A stretch of 64,000 nt of DNA from Desulfobaccales bacterium (GTDB lineage Bacteria > Desulfobacterota > Desulfobaccia > Desulfobaccales > 0-14-0-80-60-11), in the NCBI GenBank assembly GCA_037481655.1, contig JBBFLF010000002.1, positions 1,856-65,855 on the forward strand, read 5' to 3'. Both the position numbers and the translations under genes were made by a program. Below, piece by piece: positions 1 through 12,134 of this stretch. Each line of letters opens with the position of its first letter. The stretch's first letter is position 1. Under the pieces are notes generated by a model. The model was not told the origin of the DNA, searched no databases, and saw nothing but the letters and a program-made list of their open reading frames with translations.

Positions 1-411
1 GTCGGAGAGCAGCTTGACAATGATGATGGTGCTGGAGAAGGTGAGGGCCACGGCCACATACAGGGCTTCGAGGGCGGCCAGACCCAGCGCCAGGGCGATG
101 AAGAAGCCGAAGACGGAGGTGAACAGCACCTGGCCCAGTCCGGTGGCCAGAGAGACCTTGCCCATGGTGCGAATGAGGTGCAGGTCCAGCTTAAGGCCCA
201 CGACAAAGAGCAACAGCGCAATGCCGATATGGGCCAGGAGCTCGATCTGGGCATGGCTGGCGATGAGGCCCAGGGCGGCAGGTCCCACCAGCAGGCCCGC
301 GGCCAAAAGGGAGACGATGAGGGGTTGCCTGAGCCCCAGACCCAGAACCCCCACGGCCGCGGCCACCAGCAGGATGGCGGTGATTTCATGAAAAATGGAC
401 GCAAAAACCAT
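1..411 (-). CDS. Cation:proton antiporter (CPA2, KefB/KefC-like), N-terminal part; runs off the left edge
   Basis: Not in the ORF track because it is open at the edge. Hand translation from ATG 411 gives MVFASIFHEITAILLVAAAVGVLGLGLRQPLIVSLLAAGLLVGP...ELLAHIGIALLLFVVGLKLD...ALTFSSTIIIVKLLSD, with typical CPA2 motifs (GxLxGP, FxxGLxLD, SSTxIxxKLL). Confidence 0.88.
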   Translation of the reverse strand, partial: MVFASIFHEITAILLVAAAVGVLGLGLRQPLIVSLLAAGLLVGPAALGLIASHAQIELLAHIGIALLLFVVGLKLDLHLIRTMGKVSLATGLGQVLFTSVFGFFIALALGLAALEALYVAVALTFSSTIIIVKLLSD

Positions 412-483
412 ACAATGGAGCTTACGCCATAAGGACTCCCCGGGGCAAGAAACAAGCTACCAGGCCCCCCTTGCGGCGGTGAG

Positions 484-2184
484 GTGAGGATGAAATTCCT
501 GCCGTCCCAGTTAATGTATTTTCTCCAGAGCCGGGAGGCCACCCAAAAGGTCCGCAGCCTCCTGAAGTTCATCGCCTTTTTGTCTGTCCTGGTGGTGATC
601 TACAGTATCCTCTTCCACTTTCTCATGGAGTATGAAGGGCGGGAGTATTCCTGGGTCACCGGGTTTTACTGGGTCCTGGTGGTCATGTCCACCCTGGGCT
701 TCGGGGACATCACCTTCACCTCGGATCTGGGCCGCATCTTCTCCATCATTGTGCTGCTGTCGGGGATCATCTTCCTCTTGGTGATGCTGCCGTTCACCTT
801 CATCACCTTTTTCTATGCCCCCTGGCTGGAGGCCCAGTCCAAGCTCCGGGTGCCCCGGGAGCTGCCGGAGGACGTCCAGGGGCATGTCATCTTCACCAGC
901 TTCGACCCTCTCACCATCAGCCTGGTGGAGCGCCTGCGCCATTACCAGCGGCCGTACGTCATCCTCACCCCCGATATCCAGCAGGCTTTGGAGCTCATCG
1001 ATCAAGGCTACCAGGTGGTGGGCGGGGAGCTGGATGACCCGGAGGTTTATCGACGCCTCAGGGTGGCCAAAGCCGCCATGGTGGTGGCCAACAATGACGA
1101 CATGAAAAACACCAACATCACCTTCACCGTGCGGGAGGTGTCGCCTGGCGTCCCCATTGTTACCAACGCCGATCTGGAAGAGTCCATCGACATCCTGCAG
1201 CTGGCAGGGAGCACCCATGTCTTTCAGTTTATGAAGATGCTGGGCCAGGCTTTGGCCCGGAGGGCCCTGGGAGTGAGCCCCCGGGCCAATGTCATCGGCC
1301 GCTTCGACCGCCTGCTCATCGCCGAGGCCGCCGCCCGGCTGACCCCGTGGGTGGGGCAGACCCTGGCGGAGAGCGGCATCCGCCCCACCACCGGGGTCAA
1401 TGTGGTGGGTCTGTGGGAGCGGGGCCGCTTTGAGTCCCCCCGCCCCGAGAGCGTCATCACTCCCACCTCAGTCCTGGTGCTGGCCGGCACCGAGGAGCAA
1501 TTGGCCCACTACGACGACTTCATGGCGGGGGTGGGGGAGGTGAGCGGGCCCATCCTGATCCTGGGGGGCGGCCGGGTGGGTCGGGCCGCGGCGGCGGCCC
1601 TGGAGGAGCGGGGCCTGGATTTTCGCATTGTGGAAAACAACCCGGAGTTCATTGAGAAAGACGAGCGTTACATCTTTGGCAGCGCCGCTGACCTGGACAC
1701 CCTCATCAGGGCGGGGATCCAGAAGACCCCTTCCATCTTCATCACCACCCACACGGATGACCTCAACATCTACCTCACCATTTACTGTCGGCGGCTGAGG
1801 CCGGAGGTGCAGATCATCAGCCGGGCCACCCTGGACCGCAACATCAGCATCCTCTACACCGCCGGGGCCAACCTGGTGATGTCCGCCGCTTCCCTGGCGG
1901 CCAACACCATCTTCAACCTCCTCATCAGCGAGAAGGTGCTCATGGTGAGTGAGGGCCTGAATATCTTCCGGGTCCGGACCCATCCCCTGCTGGCGGGACG
2001 CACGATCCGGGAGAGCCGCATCCGGGAGGACACTGGCTGCACCATCATCGCCCTAAAAACGGACGACACCCTGGAACTCAACCCCGACCCGGACCGGCAT
2101 CTCCGGATGCGGGACGAGCTCATCCTCATCGGCACCGCCGAGGCGGAAAAGCTGTTCATCACCCGCTATCCGGAGCGGGCCTGA
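484..2184 (+). CDS. Potassium channel protein, 2-TM pore plus two TrkA-N/TrkA-C (RCK) pairs
   Basis: Pore signature STLGFGDI between two hydrophobic helices, followed by Rossmann-like RCK domains (GGGRVG) and TrkA-C repeats. Start is GTG 484 or ATG 490. Confidence 0.88.
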   Translation: MRMKFLPSQLMYFLQSREATQKVRSLLKFIAFLSVLVVIYSILFHFLMEYEGREYSWVTGFYWVLVVMSTLGFGDITFTSDLGRIFSIIVLLSGIIFLLVMLPFTFITFFYAPWLEAQSKLRVPRELPEDVQGHVIFTSFDPLTISLVERLRHYQRPYVILTPDIQQALELIDQGYQVVGGELDDPEVYRRLRVAKAAMVVANNDDMKNTNITFTVREVSPGVPIVTNADLEESIDILQLAGSTHVFQFMKMLGQALARRALGVSPRANVIGRFDRLLIAEAAARLTPWVGQTLAESGIRPTTGVNVVGLWERGRFESPRPESVITPTSVLVLAGTEEQLAHYDDFMAGVGEVSGPILILGGGRVGRAAAAALEERGLDFRIVENNPEFIEKDERYIFGSAADLDTLIRAGIQKTPSIFITTHTDDLNIYLTIYCRRLRPEVQIISRATLDRNISILYTAGANLVMSAASLAANTIFNLLISEKVLMVSEGLNIFRVRTHPLLAGRTIRESRIREDTGCTIIALKTDDTLELNPDPDRHLRMRDELILIGTAEAEKLFITRYPERA

Positions 2185-2210
2185 GACGCCCTGGAAACGC
2201 GTGTTCTCCG

Positions 2211-2340
2211 GGAGAGGGGGCCAGGGAGCGGTGCCCCCTGCCCCCTCTCCCGGGCCCTCACCCCCAACCCCTTTAAGGGTGCTGGGAGGGGAGTCTGAGG
2301 GGAGGGCGGAGAGCCACTGCTCCCCCGGCCGTCCCCTGAG
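2211..2340 (+). repeat. Palindromic intergenic repeat (REP/MITE-like), copy 1
   Basis: Two GC-rich hairpins (GAGAGGGGGCCAGGG...CCCTGCCCCCTCTC and TGAGGGGAGGGCGG...CCGGCCGTCCCCTGA). Bases 2217-2269 are identical to 3726-3778 (53 bp). Confidence 0.85.
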
Positions 2341-2364
2341 CTGCCTTAAGAATAAGAGGTCGCA

Positions 2365-3603
2365 ATGATCAATCATCCCCGGGTAGTACGGCTCGAGGAT
2401 TATGAGCCATTGATCGGAGCCGAGGCGGTGGACCGCATCCTCGCCAAGGCAAAGAGGCTTCAGGACCTGCACGTGGTCAATGTCAATTCCACCTATTACG
2501 GCGGCGGGGTGGCGGAGCTTTTAGGCTCCATGACCATCCTCATGAACCAGGTGGGGATCAAGACCGGCTGGCGGGTCATCCAGGGCTCGCCTGACTTTTT
2601 CAGCATCACCAAGAAGATGCATAACGCCCTCCAAGGCGGGGAGATCAACCTCACGGAGCGGAAAAAGCAGATTTACGAGGAGGTGGTCTACGAGAATGCC
2701 CTGCGCAACCACCTGGAGCATGACGTGGTCATCATCCACGATCCCCAGCCCCTGCCCTTCATCCGCCACTACCGCAAGCGGGGCCCCTGGATCTGGCGCT
2801 GTCATGTGGACATGAGCGCCCCGCACCCGGGTCTGTGGGAGTACCTGACCCCCTTCGTGGAGAAATACGACGCAGTGATCTTCAGCATCCCGGAGTATGC
2901 CCAGAAGCTTACCACCCCGCAGCTCTTTTTCATGCCCGCCATCGACCCCTTCTCCATCAAGAACCAGCCCCTCCCGGAAGAGGAGATCCAGGAGCGCCTG
3001 GACCATTACCGTATCCCCACGGACCTGCCGCTGGTGGTGCAGGTGTCCCGCTTCGATCACTGGAAGGACCCTAAAGGCGTGGTGGAGGCCTTCCGCCTCG
3101 CCCGCCGGGAGGTGGACTGCACTCTGGTATTATTGGGCAATGTGGCCACCGACGACCCGGAGGGCCCGGAGATTTACGAATCGCTCCTGGAGAGCCAGGA
3201 GGAGCGCATCATCATCCTGTCGGTGCAGGACACCGCCCTGGTGAACGCCTTGCAGCGCCGGGCGGCGGTGGTGCTGCAGAAATCCTTGCGGGAGGGCTTC
3301 GGCCTCACCGTGGCCGAGGCCATGTGGAAGGGCACGCCGGTCATCGGCGGCAAGGTGGGGGGCATCCGCTACCAGATCGAGGACGGGGTCAACGGCTTTT
3401 TGGTGAATACCGTGGAGGAGGCGGCGGCCCGCATCGTGCAGCTCCTCAAAGACCCGGAGCTCCGCCGTCGCCTGGGGGAGGCCGGCCGGGAGACGGTGCG
3501 GCAGAAGTTTCTCCTGAGCCGCAAACTGGAGCAGTATCTGGACCTTTTCGCCGCCTTTGAGGCCAATTTCACCCTGAAACCCTTGCCGCCTATGACGTGG
3601 TAA
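2365..3603 (+). CDS. treT: Trehalose synthase-like glycosyltransferase (GT4, TreT family)
   Basis: NSTYYGGGVAELL, HDPQP, WRCHVD, QVSRFDHWKDPKGV and EGFGLTVAEAMWKG motifs; SD GAGG upstream. Confidence 0.8.
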   Translation: MINHPRVVRLEDYEPLIGAEAVDRILAKAKRLQDLHVVNVNSTYYGGGVAELLGSMTILMNQVGIKTGWRVIQGSPDFFSITKKMHNALQGGEINLTERKKQIYEEVVYENALRNHLEHDVVIIHDPQPLPFIRHYRKRGPWIWRCHVDMSAPHPGLWEYLTPFVEKYDAVIFSIPEYAQKLTTPQLFFMPAIDPFSIKNQPLPEEEIQERLDHYRIPTDLPLVVQVSRFDHWKDPKGVVEAFRLARREVDCTLVLLGNVATDDPEGPEIYESLLESQEERIIILSVQDTALVNALQRRAAVVLQKSLREGFGLTVAEAMWKGTPVIGGKVGGIRYQIEDGVNGFLVNTVEEAAARIVQLLKDPELRRRLGEAGRETVRQKFLLSRKLEQYLDLFAAFEANFTLKPLPPMTW

Positions 3604-3721
3604 GCGGATGGGCAGCGGCAAAGCGGCCCGGGGCAAGAGGGAGGGGCCTCCTAGAGAGGGGAAAACTTCAGGCCGACAAGGGGAAATACCCGGCAGCCTT
3701 AGATGTGCTAAGGCGAACGGG

Positions 3722-3850
3722 CGAAGGGGCCAGGGAGCGGTGCCCCCTGCCCCCTCTCCCGGGCCCTCACCCCCAACCACATATGGGGGGGTGGGGAGGG
3801 GAGCTCGAGGGGAGGGCGGGGGGTCGGTGGTCCCCCGGCCCTCCCCTCAA
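3722..3850 (+). repeat. Palindromic intergenic repeat, copy 2
   Basis: 53 bp identical to copy 1, same two-hairpin layout; lies between the convergent treT and alaS stops. Confidence 0.85.
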
Positions 3851-3855
3851 GAATC

Positions 3856-6494
<2,639 letters not shown>

Positions 6495-6498
<4 letters not shown>

Positions 6499-7547
6499 GG
6501 GGCCTCCTGCTCCAGGGGGAGCGGCGCCGCCGGCGGCGGGGAGGCCACCGGCGCCAGGCCGTGCAGGGCCCTCATCTGCCGCTCCAGCTCGGCGGTAAAC
6601 TCGGGGTGTTCCTTAAGATAGGCCTTGGCCTTTTCCCGGCCCTGGGCCAAACGGTCGTTATTGTAGCTGTACCAGGCGCCGCTTTTGGCAATGAGGCCGG
6701 CATCCACCGCCATGTCCAAAATCTCCCCCTCCCGGGAGAGGCCCTGGCCGAAGAGGATGTCGAACTCCGCCTCCCTAAAGGGCGGGGCCAGCTTGTTTTT
6801 CACCACCTTCACCCGGGTGCGGTAGCCGATGGTCTCGTCCCCCTCCTTGATGGCGCCCAGGCGGCGGATGTCCAGACGCAGGGAGGCGTAGAACTTGAGG
6901 GCGTTGCCGCCGGTGGTGGTCTCCGGGTTGCCGAAGAGCACCCCGATCTTCTGGCGGATCTGGTTGATGAAGATCATGGTGGTCTGGGTCTTGCTGATGG
7001 CCGCGGTGAGCTTGCGCAGGGCCTGGCTCATGAGCCGGGCCTGGGAGCCCATCTGGGCGTCCCCCATGTCGCCCTCCAGCTCGCTTCGGGGCACCAGGGC
7101 GGCCACCGAGTCCACCACCACCACGTCCACGGCGTTGGAACGCACCAGGATCTCGGCGATCTCCAGGGCCTGCTCGCCGGAGTCGGGCTGGGAGATGAGG
7201 AGGTCCTCGGTCTTGACCCCCAGCTTGCGGGCATACTGCACATCCAGGGCGTGTTCGGCGTCGATGAAGGCGGCCACGCCCCCCAGCCGCTGGGCCTCGG
7301 CGATGGCGTGCAGGGCCAGGGTGGTCTTGCCGGAGGATTCCGGCCCGAAGATCTCGATCACCCGGCCCCGGGGGAAGCCGCCGATCCCCAGGGCCAGATC
7401 CAGGCCCAGGGAGCCGGAGGGGATCACCGGCACCTCGATCTTCTCGTCTTCACCCAGGCGCATGATGGCGCCCTTGCCGTAATGCTTTTCGATCTGACCC
7501 AGGGCCTGGGCCAGGGCCTTGGCTTTGTCCGCAGTGTCGCTGGTCAT
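6495..7547 (-). CDS. recA: Recombinase A
   Basis: GPESSGKTT Walker [20 protein letters not shown]; ATGA overlap with alaS. Confidence 0.99.
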
Positions 7548-7617
7548 GGTGTCCTCAAGTGAAATGCGGTTTTTTTAATTTTTCTTCCCCTCGGGCTTAA
7601 TGCTTCGCTTCCCGGGG

Positions 7618-7806
7618 TTATGGCTGCCTGGGGGCCTCCGGGGCGGCCTCCAGGCATTGATCCACCAAGCTCATAACGGCCTGGATTTCCCGGCGGGAGC
7701 GCAAAAAGTCCAGAAGACAGTGCAGGAGCCAGGCTTCGTTTTCCAGCTCGGTGCATCTGAGCCGGCCGGAGGTCCGTCCGGGCTGTGCCGGCGGTGGCGC
7801 CGTCAT
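7618..7806 (-). CDS. Small hypothetical protein (62 aa)
   Basis: ATG overlaps the thpR stop (ATGA); fills the thpR-recA gap on the operon strand; amphipathic helical core ELENEAWLLHCLLDFLRSRREIQAVMSLVDQCLE. Confidence 0.5.
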   Translation of the reverse strand: MTAPPPAQPGRTSGRLRCTELENEAWLLHCLLDFLRSRREIQAVMSLVDQCLEAAPEAPRQP

Positions 7807-8372
7807 GCCCCGCCTCCCAAAGGGATCACCCTCAGGGGCAGATATGTGGCCCCCTGGGGGGAGAGCTTGCTGCGATAGAGGACAATCTCCCGCACCTCGA
7901 AGGGCTCGCTCTCAAAGGGCGGCAGGCCCGCCAGGCAGCGCACCAGGCCGTCCCGGCCCCTGGAGCTCTTCACCCGGCCCACGGTGAGGTGCGGCGCAAA
8001 GGGCCGGTCCTCCCGGGGGAAGCCCAGGCCCTCAAAGGCCGCCTCCAGTTGCCGCTGCAGAGCCGCAAGCGGCCCCAGTTCGCCGGTCACCCCCACCCAG
8101 ACCACCCGGGGGCTTCTGGGGCTGGGAAAGGCCCCGGCCCCGGCCAGCTGCAGGCGGAAAGGGGGCTGGGAGCGGGCGATGGGCAGGGCGGCCCGGGTGA
8201 TCTCCTCCACCTGGACTTCGCTCACCTCCCCGAAGAATTTCAGGGTGAGGTGCACATTGCCCACCGGCACCCAGCGCACTTCGGCGTCGCACTTTTTCAG
8301 CTCCGCCATCACCCGCTCCATGAGGGGCCGAAGACCGCAGGGCAGGTCGATGGCGAGAAAGGCCCGGATCAT
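7803..8372 (-). CDS. thpR: RNA 2',3'-cyclic phosphodiesterase (2H family)
   Basis: Two HxT motifs (HLTLKF, PHLTVGR); N-terminal RAFLAIDL. Confidence 0.95.
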   Translation of the reverse strand: MIRAFLAIDLPCGLRPLMERVMAELKKCDAEVRWVPVGNVHLTLKFFGEVSEVQVEEITRAALPIARSQPPFRLQLAGAGAFPSPRSPRVVWVGVTGELGPLAALQRQLEAAFEGLGFPREDRPFAPHLTVGRVKSSRGRDGLVRCLAGLPPFESEPFEVREIVLYRSKLSPQGATYLPLRVIPLGGGA

Positions 8373-8851
8373 GGGGCGAGCTCCTCCACGAGCCAGGTGA
8401 GGGCGGCCTCGGCGGTCTGCGCCTTGATCTGTTCCCGGCCGCCCTGAAAGGCAAACCGCCGGGCCTCCACCCTTTTGGGCCCCGCCACGGCGATGAACAC
8501 CGTGCCCACGGGTTTTTGGGGGGTGCCGCCGGTGGGCCCGGCAATGCCGGTGACCGCCACGCTCACCTGGGCGTGAAAGCGCTCCCGCACGCCGGTGGCC
8601 ATGGCGGTGGCAGTCTCGGCGCTCACCGCGCCGTGGGTTGCCAGGGTGGCCTCCGGCACGCGGAGAAGCTCCGCCTTGGCCTGGTTGCTGTAGGTCACCA
8701 CCCCGCCCAGAAAGTAGTCCGAGGCGCCGGGCACGTTGGTGATGCGGTGGCAGATGAGGCCGCCGGAGCAGGACTCCGCCACCGCCAGGGTCAGGCCCCG
8801 GGTCCTGAGCAGTTGCCCCAGCCTTTCTTCGAGCTGCTCGGTCATCGCCAT
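8369..8851 (-). CDS. pncC: Nicotinamide-nucleotide amidohydrolase (CinA C-terminal domain only)
   Basis: AESCSGG, PGASDYFLGGVVTYSN, HGAVS, TGIAGPTGG motifs. Confidence 0.93.
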   Translation of the reverse strand: MAMTEQLEERLGQLLRTRGLTLAVAESCSGGLICHRITNVPGASDYFLGGVVTYSNQAKAELLRVPEATLATHGAVSAETATAMATGVRERFHAQVSVAVTGIAGPTGGTPQKPVGTVFIAVAGPKRVEARRFAFQGGREQIKAQTAEAALTWLVEELAP

Positions 8852-8936
8852 CGTTGTCTCAGGCGGCGGTGTAACTTACCTTCTCTCTCCGCAAACCCGG
8901 TCCGCAGGTCTTTCCGCCAGGGAACCGAGGCCGGCA

Positions 8937-9383
8937 TCACCCGTTTCCATATCCCCCCAGCCACAGCAGCAGCCACGCCGCCAGACCGGCCAGGGCGCCC
9001 GCGGCCAGGTCGTCCGCCATCACCCCGAAGCTCCCGGGGAGGTGTTCCAGTGCCTTCAGGGGCCAGGGCTTGAGGATGTCCAGGAGCCGAAAGAGGAGAA
9101 AGCCCAGGAGGCCCGCGGGCCAGGAAGGCGCCAGCCACGCCAGGGCCAGAAGCTGGCCGGCGGCTTCATCGATGACGACGGCGGGGTGGTCACGGCGCCC
9201 CAGGGCTTCGGCGGCGCTGCCTGCGGACATGAGCCCGGCCAGGGTCAGCCCCAGCACGAGGAGGCTGTAAACCACCAGCCCGCGCGGGCGGAGCAGCCAC
9301 CACAGGGGCAACACCGCCAGGGAGCCCCAGGTGCCGGGAGCCAGAGGCAGGCGGCCCACCCCGCCCAGGGTGGCCAGCGCCAC
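8937..9383 (-). CDS. pgpA: Phosphatidylglycerophosphatase A
   Basis: APGTWGS, DHPAVVIDE, FRLLDILKPWP, GVMADD motifs. Confidence 0.95.
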   Translation of the reverse strand: MALATLGGVGRLPLAPGTWGSLAVLPLWWLLRPRGLVVYSLLVLGLTLAGLMSAGSAAEALGRRDHPAVVIDEAAGQLLALAWLAPSWPAGLLGFLLFRLLDILKPWPLKALEHLPGSFGVMADDLAAGALAGLAAWLLLWLGGYGNG

Positions 9384-9439
9384 GGTGAGAGCTGCTGTGG
9401 TCAGGAGGAGCTCCGCGCCTGATATTCCTTAACAGCTTA

Positions 9440-9468
9440 GAATTACCTGTCTTTAGGGGAATTGTCAA
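9440..9468 (-). promoter_or_regulatory. Possible sigma-70 promoter of the pgpA-pncC-thpR-recA-alaS operon
   Basis: Minus-strand TTGACA (9468-9463), 17 bp spacer, weak -10 TAATTC. Confidence 0.4.
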
Positions 9469-9513
9469 CTGTCGGGCCACCGGCTGGGGCAAAACACAAA
9501 GGAACTGTACGGG

Positions 9514-10680
9514 TCAGTCAGCCGGACGGCGGCTCTGCCGGCTCTCCCGCAGCCCGGCGCTCATCGGCACCGCCAGGGTGAGGACTCCCAGGGCCACCAC
9601 CCCTGGCCAGGCCGCCCGGGTGTAACAGAGGCCGCTTAAGGTGATGCCCCCGGCCCCGCCCAGGTAGTAAAGGAGCACGTAAAGGGAGTTGGCCCGCCCC
9701 CGGCTGGCCGCCAGCTTGCGGTTGAGGGCGCCGGCGGCGGCGGCGTGCAGGGCGAAAAAGCCGGTGCACAGCAGGAGCAGGGCCGCCACAATGGCTGGCC
9801 GGGCCGGGAGGAGGGTGAGGAGCAGGGCTGCGGCCATCAGCACACTTCCGCCGGCCATGGCCGGGCCGTTCCCCAGGCGGTCGCTCAGGCGCCCGGCCGT
9901 GGGGGCCACCACGATGCCGGTGAGGTAGGTGAGATACATCAGGGTGATGGCCTGGGTAGAAGAGAAAAAGGGCGGCCCGGCCAGATAAAAGGGGAGGTAA
10001 TTGAACACCGCGGCAAAAACCGACATGCCCGTGAGGGCGCACACATAGGGGGGCCGGAGGTCCCCCCGGGCCAAAAGGGCAAGATAGCCTTCACCTCCTT
10101 CTGGCGGGCGTTCCCCGGCTTCCTCTCCCGGCAGCCAGAAGACCGCGGCCAGGGTGGCGGCGGCCACCAGCCCCGCGGCGCTGACCAGGGCCCAGCGCCA
10201 ATGCAGAGGCGGGTGCAGCCAGCCCCCCAAGAGGCGTCCTCCCAGCCCGCCCGCCACCGTGGCCGCCACATAAGACCCCATGACCACGTTGAGGCGTTCC
10301 GGAGGCAGGGTGGTGGAGAGATAGGCGGCCAGGCAACTGGAAAGGGCGGGCAGGAACAGGCCCTGCACCAGCCGGGCGGCCACCAGCAGGGGGAAAGAGT
10401 GGGTCATCGCGCCCCAAAGCCCGGCCCCGGCCACCATGGCACCCCCCAGGGCCAGGAGCGTTTTGATGCCCGAGCGGTCCGCCAGCCAGCCGAAGGGAAG
10501 GTTGGCCGCCGCCAGCCCGGCGATTACCGCCGACACCGTCAGGGAGGCCAGGGTGGGGCTGACCCCGAACTCGGCCTGGAGGACCGGCAAGACCGGCTGG
10601 GTGATATAGATGTTGCTGAAGGCGGCCGCCACCAGGGCAAAGACCACCAGTTGCAGGCGCCGAGGACTGAGGGAAGCCAT
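9514..10680 (-). CDS. MFS transporter (YnfM-like)
   Basis: 12 predicted TM segments; IYITQPVLPVL and GWLADRSG (MFS motif A). Confidence 0.88.
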   Translation of the reverse strand: MASLSPRRLQLVVFALVAAAFSNIYITQPVLPVLQAEFGVSPTLASLTVSAVIAGLAAANLPFGWLADRSGIKTLLALGGAMVAGAGLWGAMTHSFPLLVAARLVQGLFLPALSSCLAAYLSTTLPPERLNVVMGSYVAATVAGGLGGRLLGGWLHPPLHWRWALVSAAGLVAAATLAAVFWLPGEEAGERPPEGGEGYLALLARGDLRPPYVCALTGMSVFAAVFNYLPFYLAGPPFFSSTQAITLMYLTYLTGIVVAPTAGRLSDRLGNGPAMAGGSVLMAAALLLTLLPARPAIVAALLLLCTGFFALHAAAAGALNRKLAASRGRANSLYVLLYYLGGAGGITLSGLCYTRAAWPGVVALGVLTLAVPMSAGLRESRQSRRPAD

Positions 10681-10796
10681 GTGGGGAATTATAACCCGGC
10701 CCGGCCGTCGGGGGGCTGGTTTCCTGCCGGTGCCGAGACCGCCCCAGGTCCCGGCGGCCCGTCCGGGAGCCCCGGGAGGGAGGTTGCGAAGCTTTT

Positions 10797-12134
10797 TCAG
10801 CCCTCCCTTCCCCTGCCCAGATACTCCCGCAACCAGGGGCCGCCCCGGTCCCGGAGAAGGGCGGCGACCTCTGCAAACCCGGCCGCCAGCAGCCGGTGAA
10901 TCTGTTCCCAGGTCGCCTCCCGGCCTGTGTCAGGGGCTCCAGGCGGGACCACCCGGGCCAGGATGGCCTCAGGGGCAGTCTGCCAGGTCTTCAGGGCCAA
11001 CAGAAGCGCCCTCAGATCCGCCCCGGTCACCCGGCCCCGGAAGACCTCCGGATCGGCCAGGGCGTCCCGGAGATAGTGGCCGGCGTCATCCATATCCACC
11101 CGGTGCAGGGCCGCCCGCCTCAGCAGGCAAGGGTAACAGTAACCGCAAGAGCCGCGGCCCAGCCTTCGCCAGCGGCTCGCCACCGGCCGGGCGCAGGAGA
11201 CGCTGAGAGGCGCCAGGCGGTCGAGCAGATCCGGGTTCCGGCAGCGGGCCAGCACTTCGCCTTTGGTGAGCCAGGCGTACGGATTGACCAGGGGATGCTC
11301 CAGCCCCATAGCTTGCCAGAGGCTTGCCAGACCCTGAAGGAAGCGGGGATGGGCGGTGCGGGTGCTGTAAGCGCCCAGGCGGTTCAAGGTCAGGGGGGGA
11401 TTGAGGGCGATCCAGCCGTTTTCCGGCACCACCACCGGCACCTCCGGCCCGAAACCTGCTGCCGCGGTCAGCCCCAGGGTGAGGTAAAGGAAGGAGCGGC
11501 TGCGCAGGGTCAGCTCCAGAGCCTCGGGGCATTGCAGGCGCACGGCCAGATGCTGCACATGGTCCGGCCCGAAATGCTCCGCCAGGGCGGTGGCCAGGGC
11601 CTGCTGCACCTGGGCCAGCTGGCCGTAGTCATAGTGGCTCACCAAAAGGAGCCGCTGGCCGTCTCTTAGGAGGTCGATGGCCCCGGCCAGGGAGTCCAGG
11701 CCGCCGGAGAAGAGCACCACTGCCTCGGCCACGAAGGAAGACTCCCGGCTCCCGGATACCGGCAGGGCCAACTCCGCTTCCCGGAACTCCAGGCGCCAGC
11801 GGTCTCCGGTGAGGAACTGGAGGAGCTCTTCCAGGGGGCGGCGCAGGCCGGCCCAGGCGGCGGAGGCCGGGAGCATCAAGGTGATGTCCCGGGTCCAGGC
11901 ATCCGGCGTGACGGAGCGGGGGAGGATTTTGTCCGCCGCCCAGACTGCCACGGCGGTGAGCAGGGCGGACCCCACTGCTTCCCCGGCGGTTCCCGCGGGG
12001 CGAGGCAAGGACCACAGGTTATGGTGCAGGGGCAGACCTGCCTCGCATCCCTGCTCCTCCAAATCCAGGATCAGGTCCGCCTTCCCGGGAGGCCGCCCCC
12101 GTTCCCCCGGAGCCCTAAAATAGATCCGGGTCAC
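10797..12134 (-). CDS. qatC: QueC-like protein of the Qat anti-phage family (QatC)
   Basis: PP-loop LFSGGLDS; QatC-type RSRSFLY, PENGWIALNPPL, STRTAHP, NPYAWLTKGE; Zn site SC...CGYCYPCLLRRAA. The likely start GTG 12134 overlaps the upstream stop (GTGA). The ORF track extends to 12236. Confidence 0.85.
   Translation of the reverse strand: MTRIYFRAPGERGRPPGKADLILDLEEQGCEAGLPLHHNLWSLPRPAGTAGEAVGSALLTAVAVWAADKILPRSVTPDAWTRDITLMLPASAAWAGLRRPLEELLQFLTGDRWRLEFREAELALPVSGSRESSFVAEAVVLFSGGLDSLAGAIDLLRDGQRLLLVSHYDYGQLAQVQQALATALAEHFGPDHVQHLAVRLQCPEALELTLRSRSFLYLTLGLTAAAGFGPEVPVVVPENGWIALNPPLTLNRLGAYSTRTAHPRFLQGLASLWQAMGLEHPLVNPYAWLTKGEVLARCRNPDLLDRLAPLSVSCARPVASRWRRLGRGSCGYCYPCLLRRAALHRVDMDDAGHYLRDALADPEVFRGRVTGADLRALLLALKTWQTAPEAILARVVPPGAPDTGREATWEQIHRLLAAGFAEVAALLRDRGGPWLREYLGRGREG

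Noticed and set aside
7548-7617. LexA box upstream of recA
   Set aside because: No match to the LexA motifs I know.
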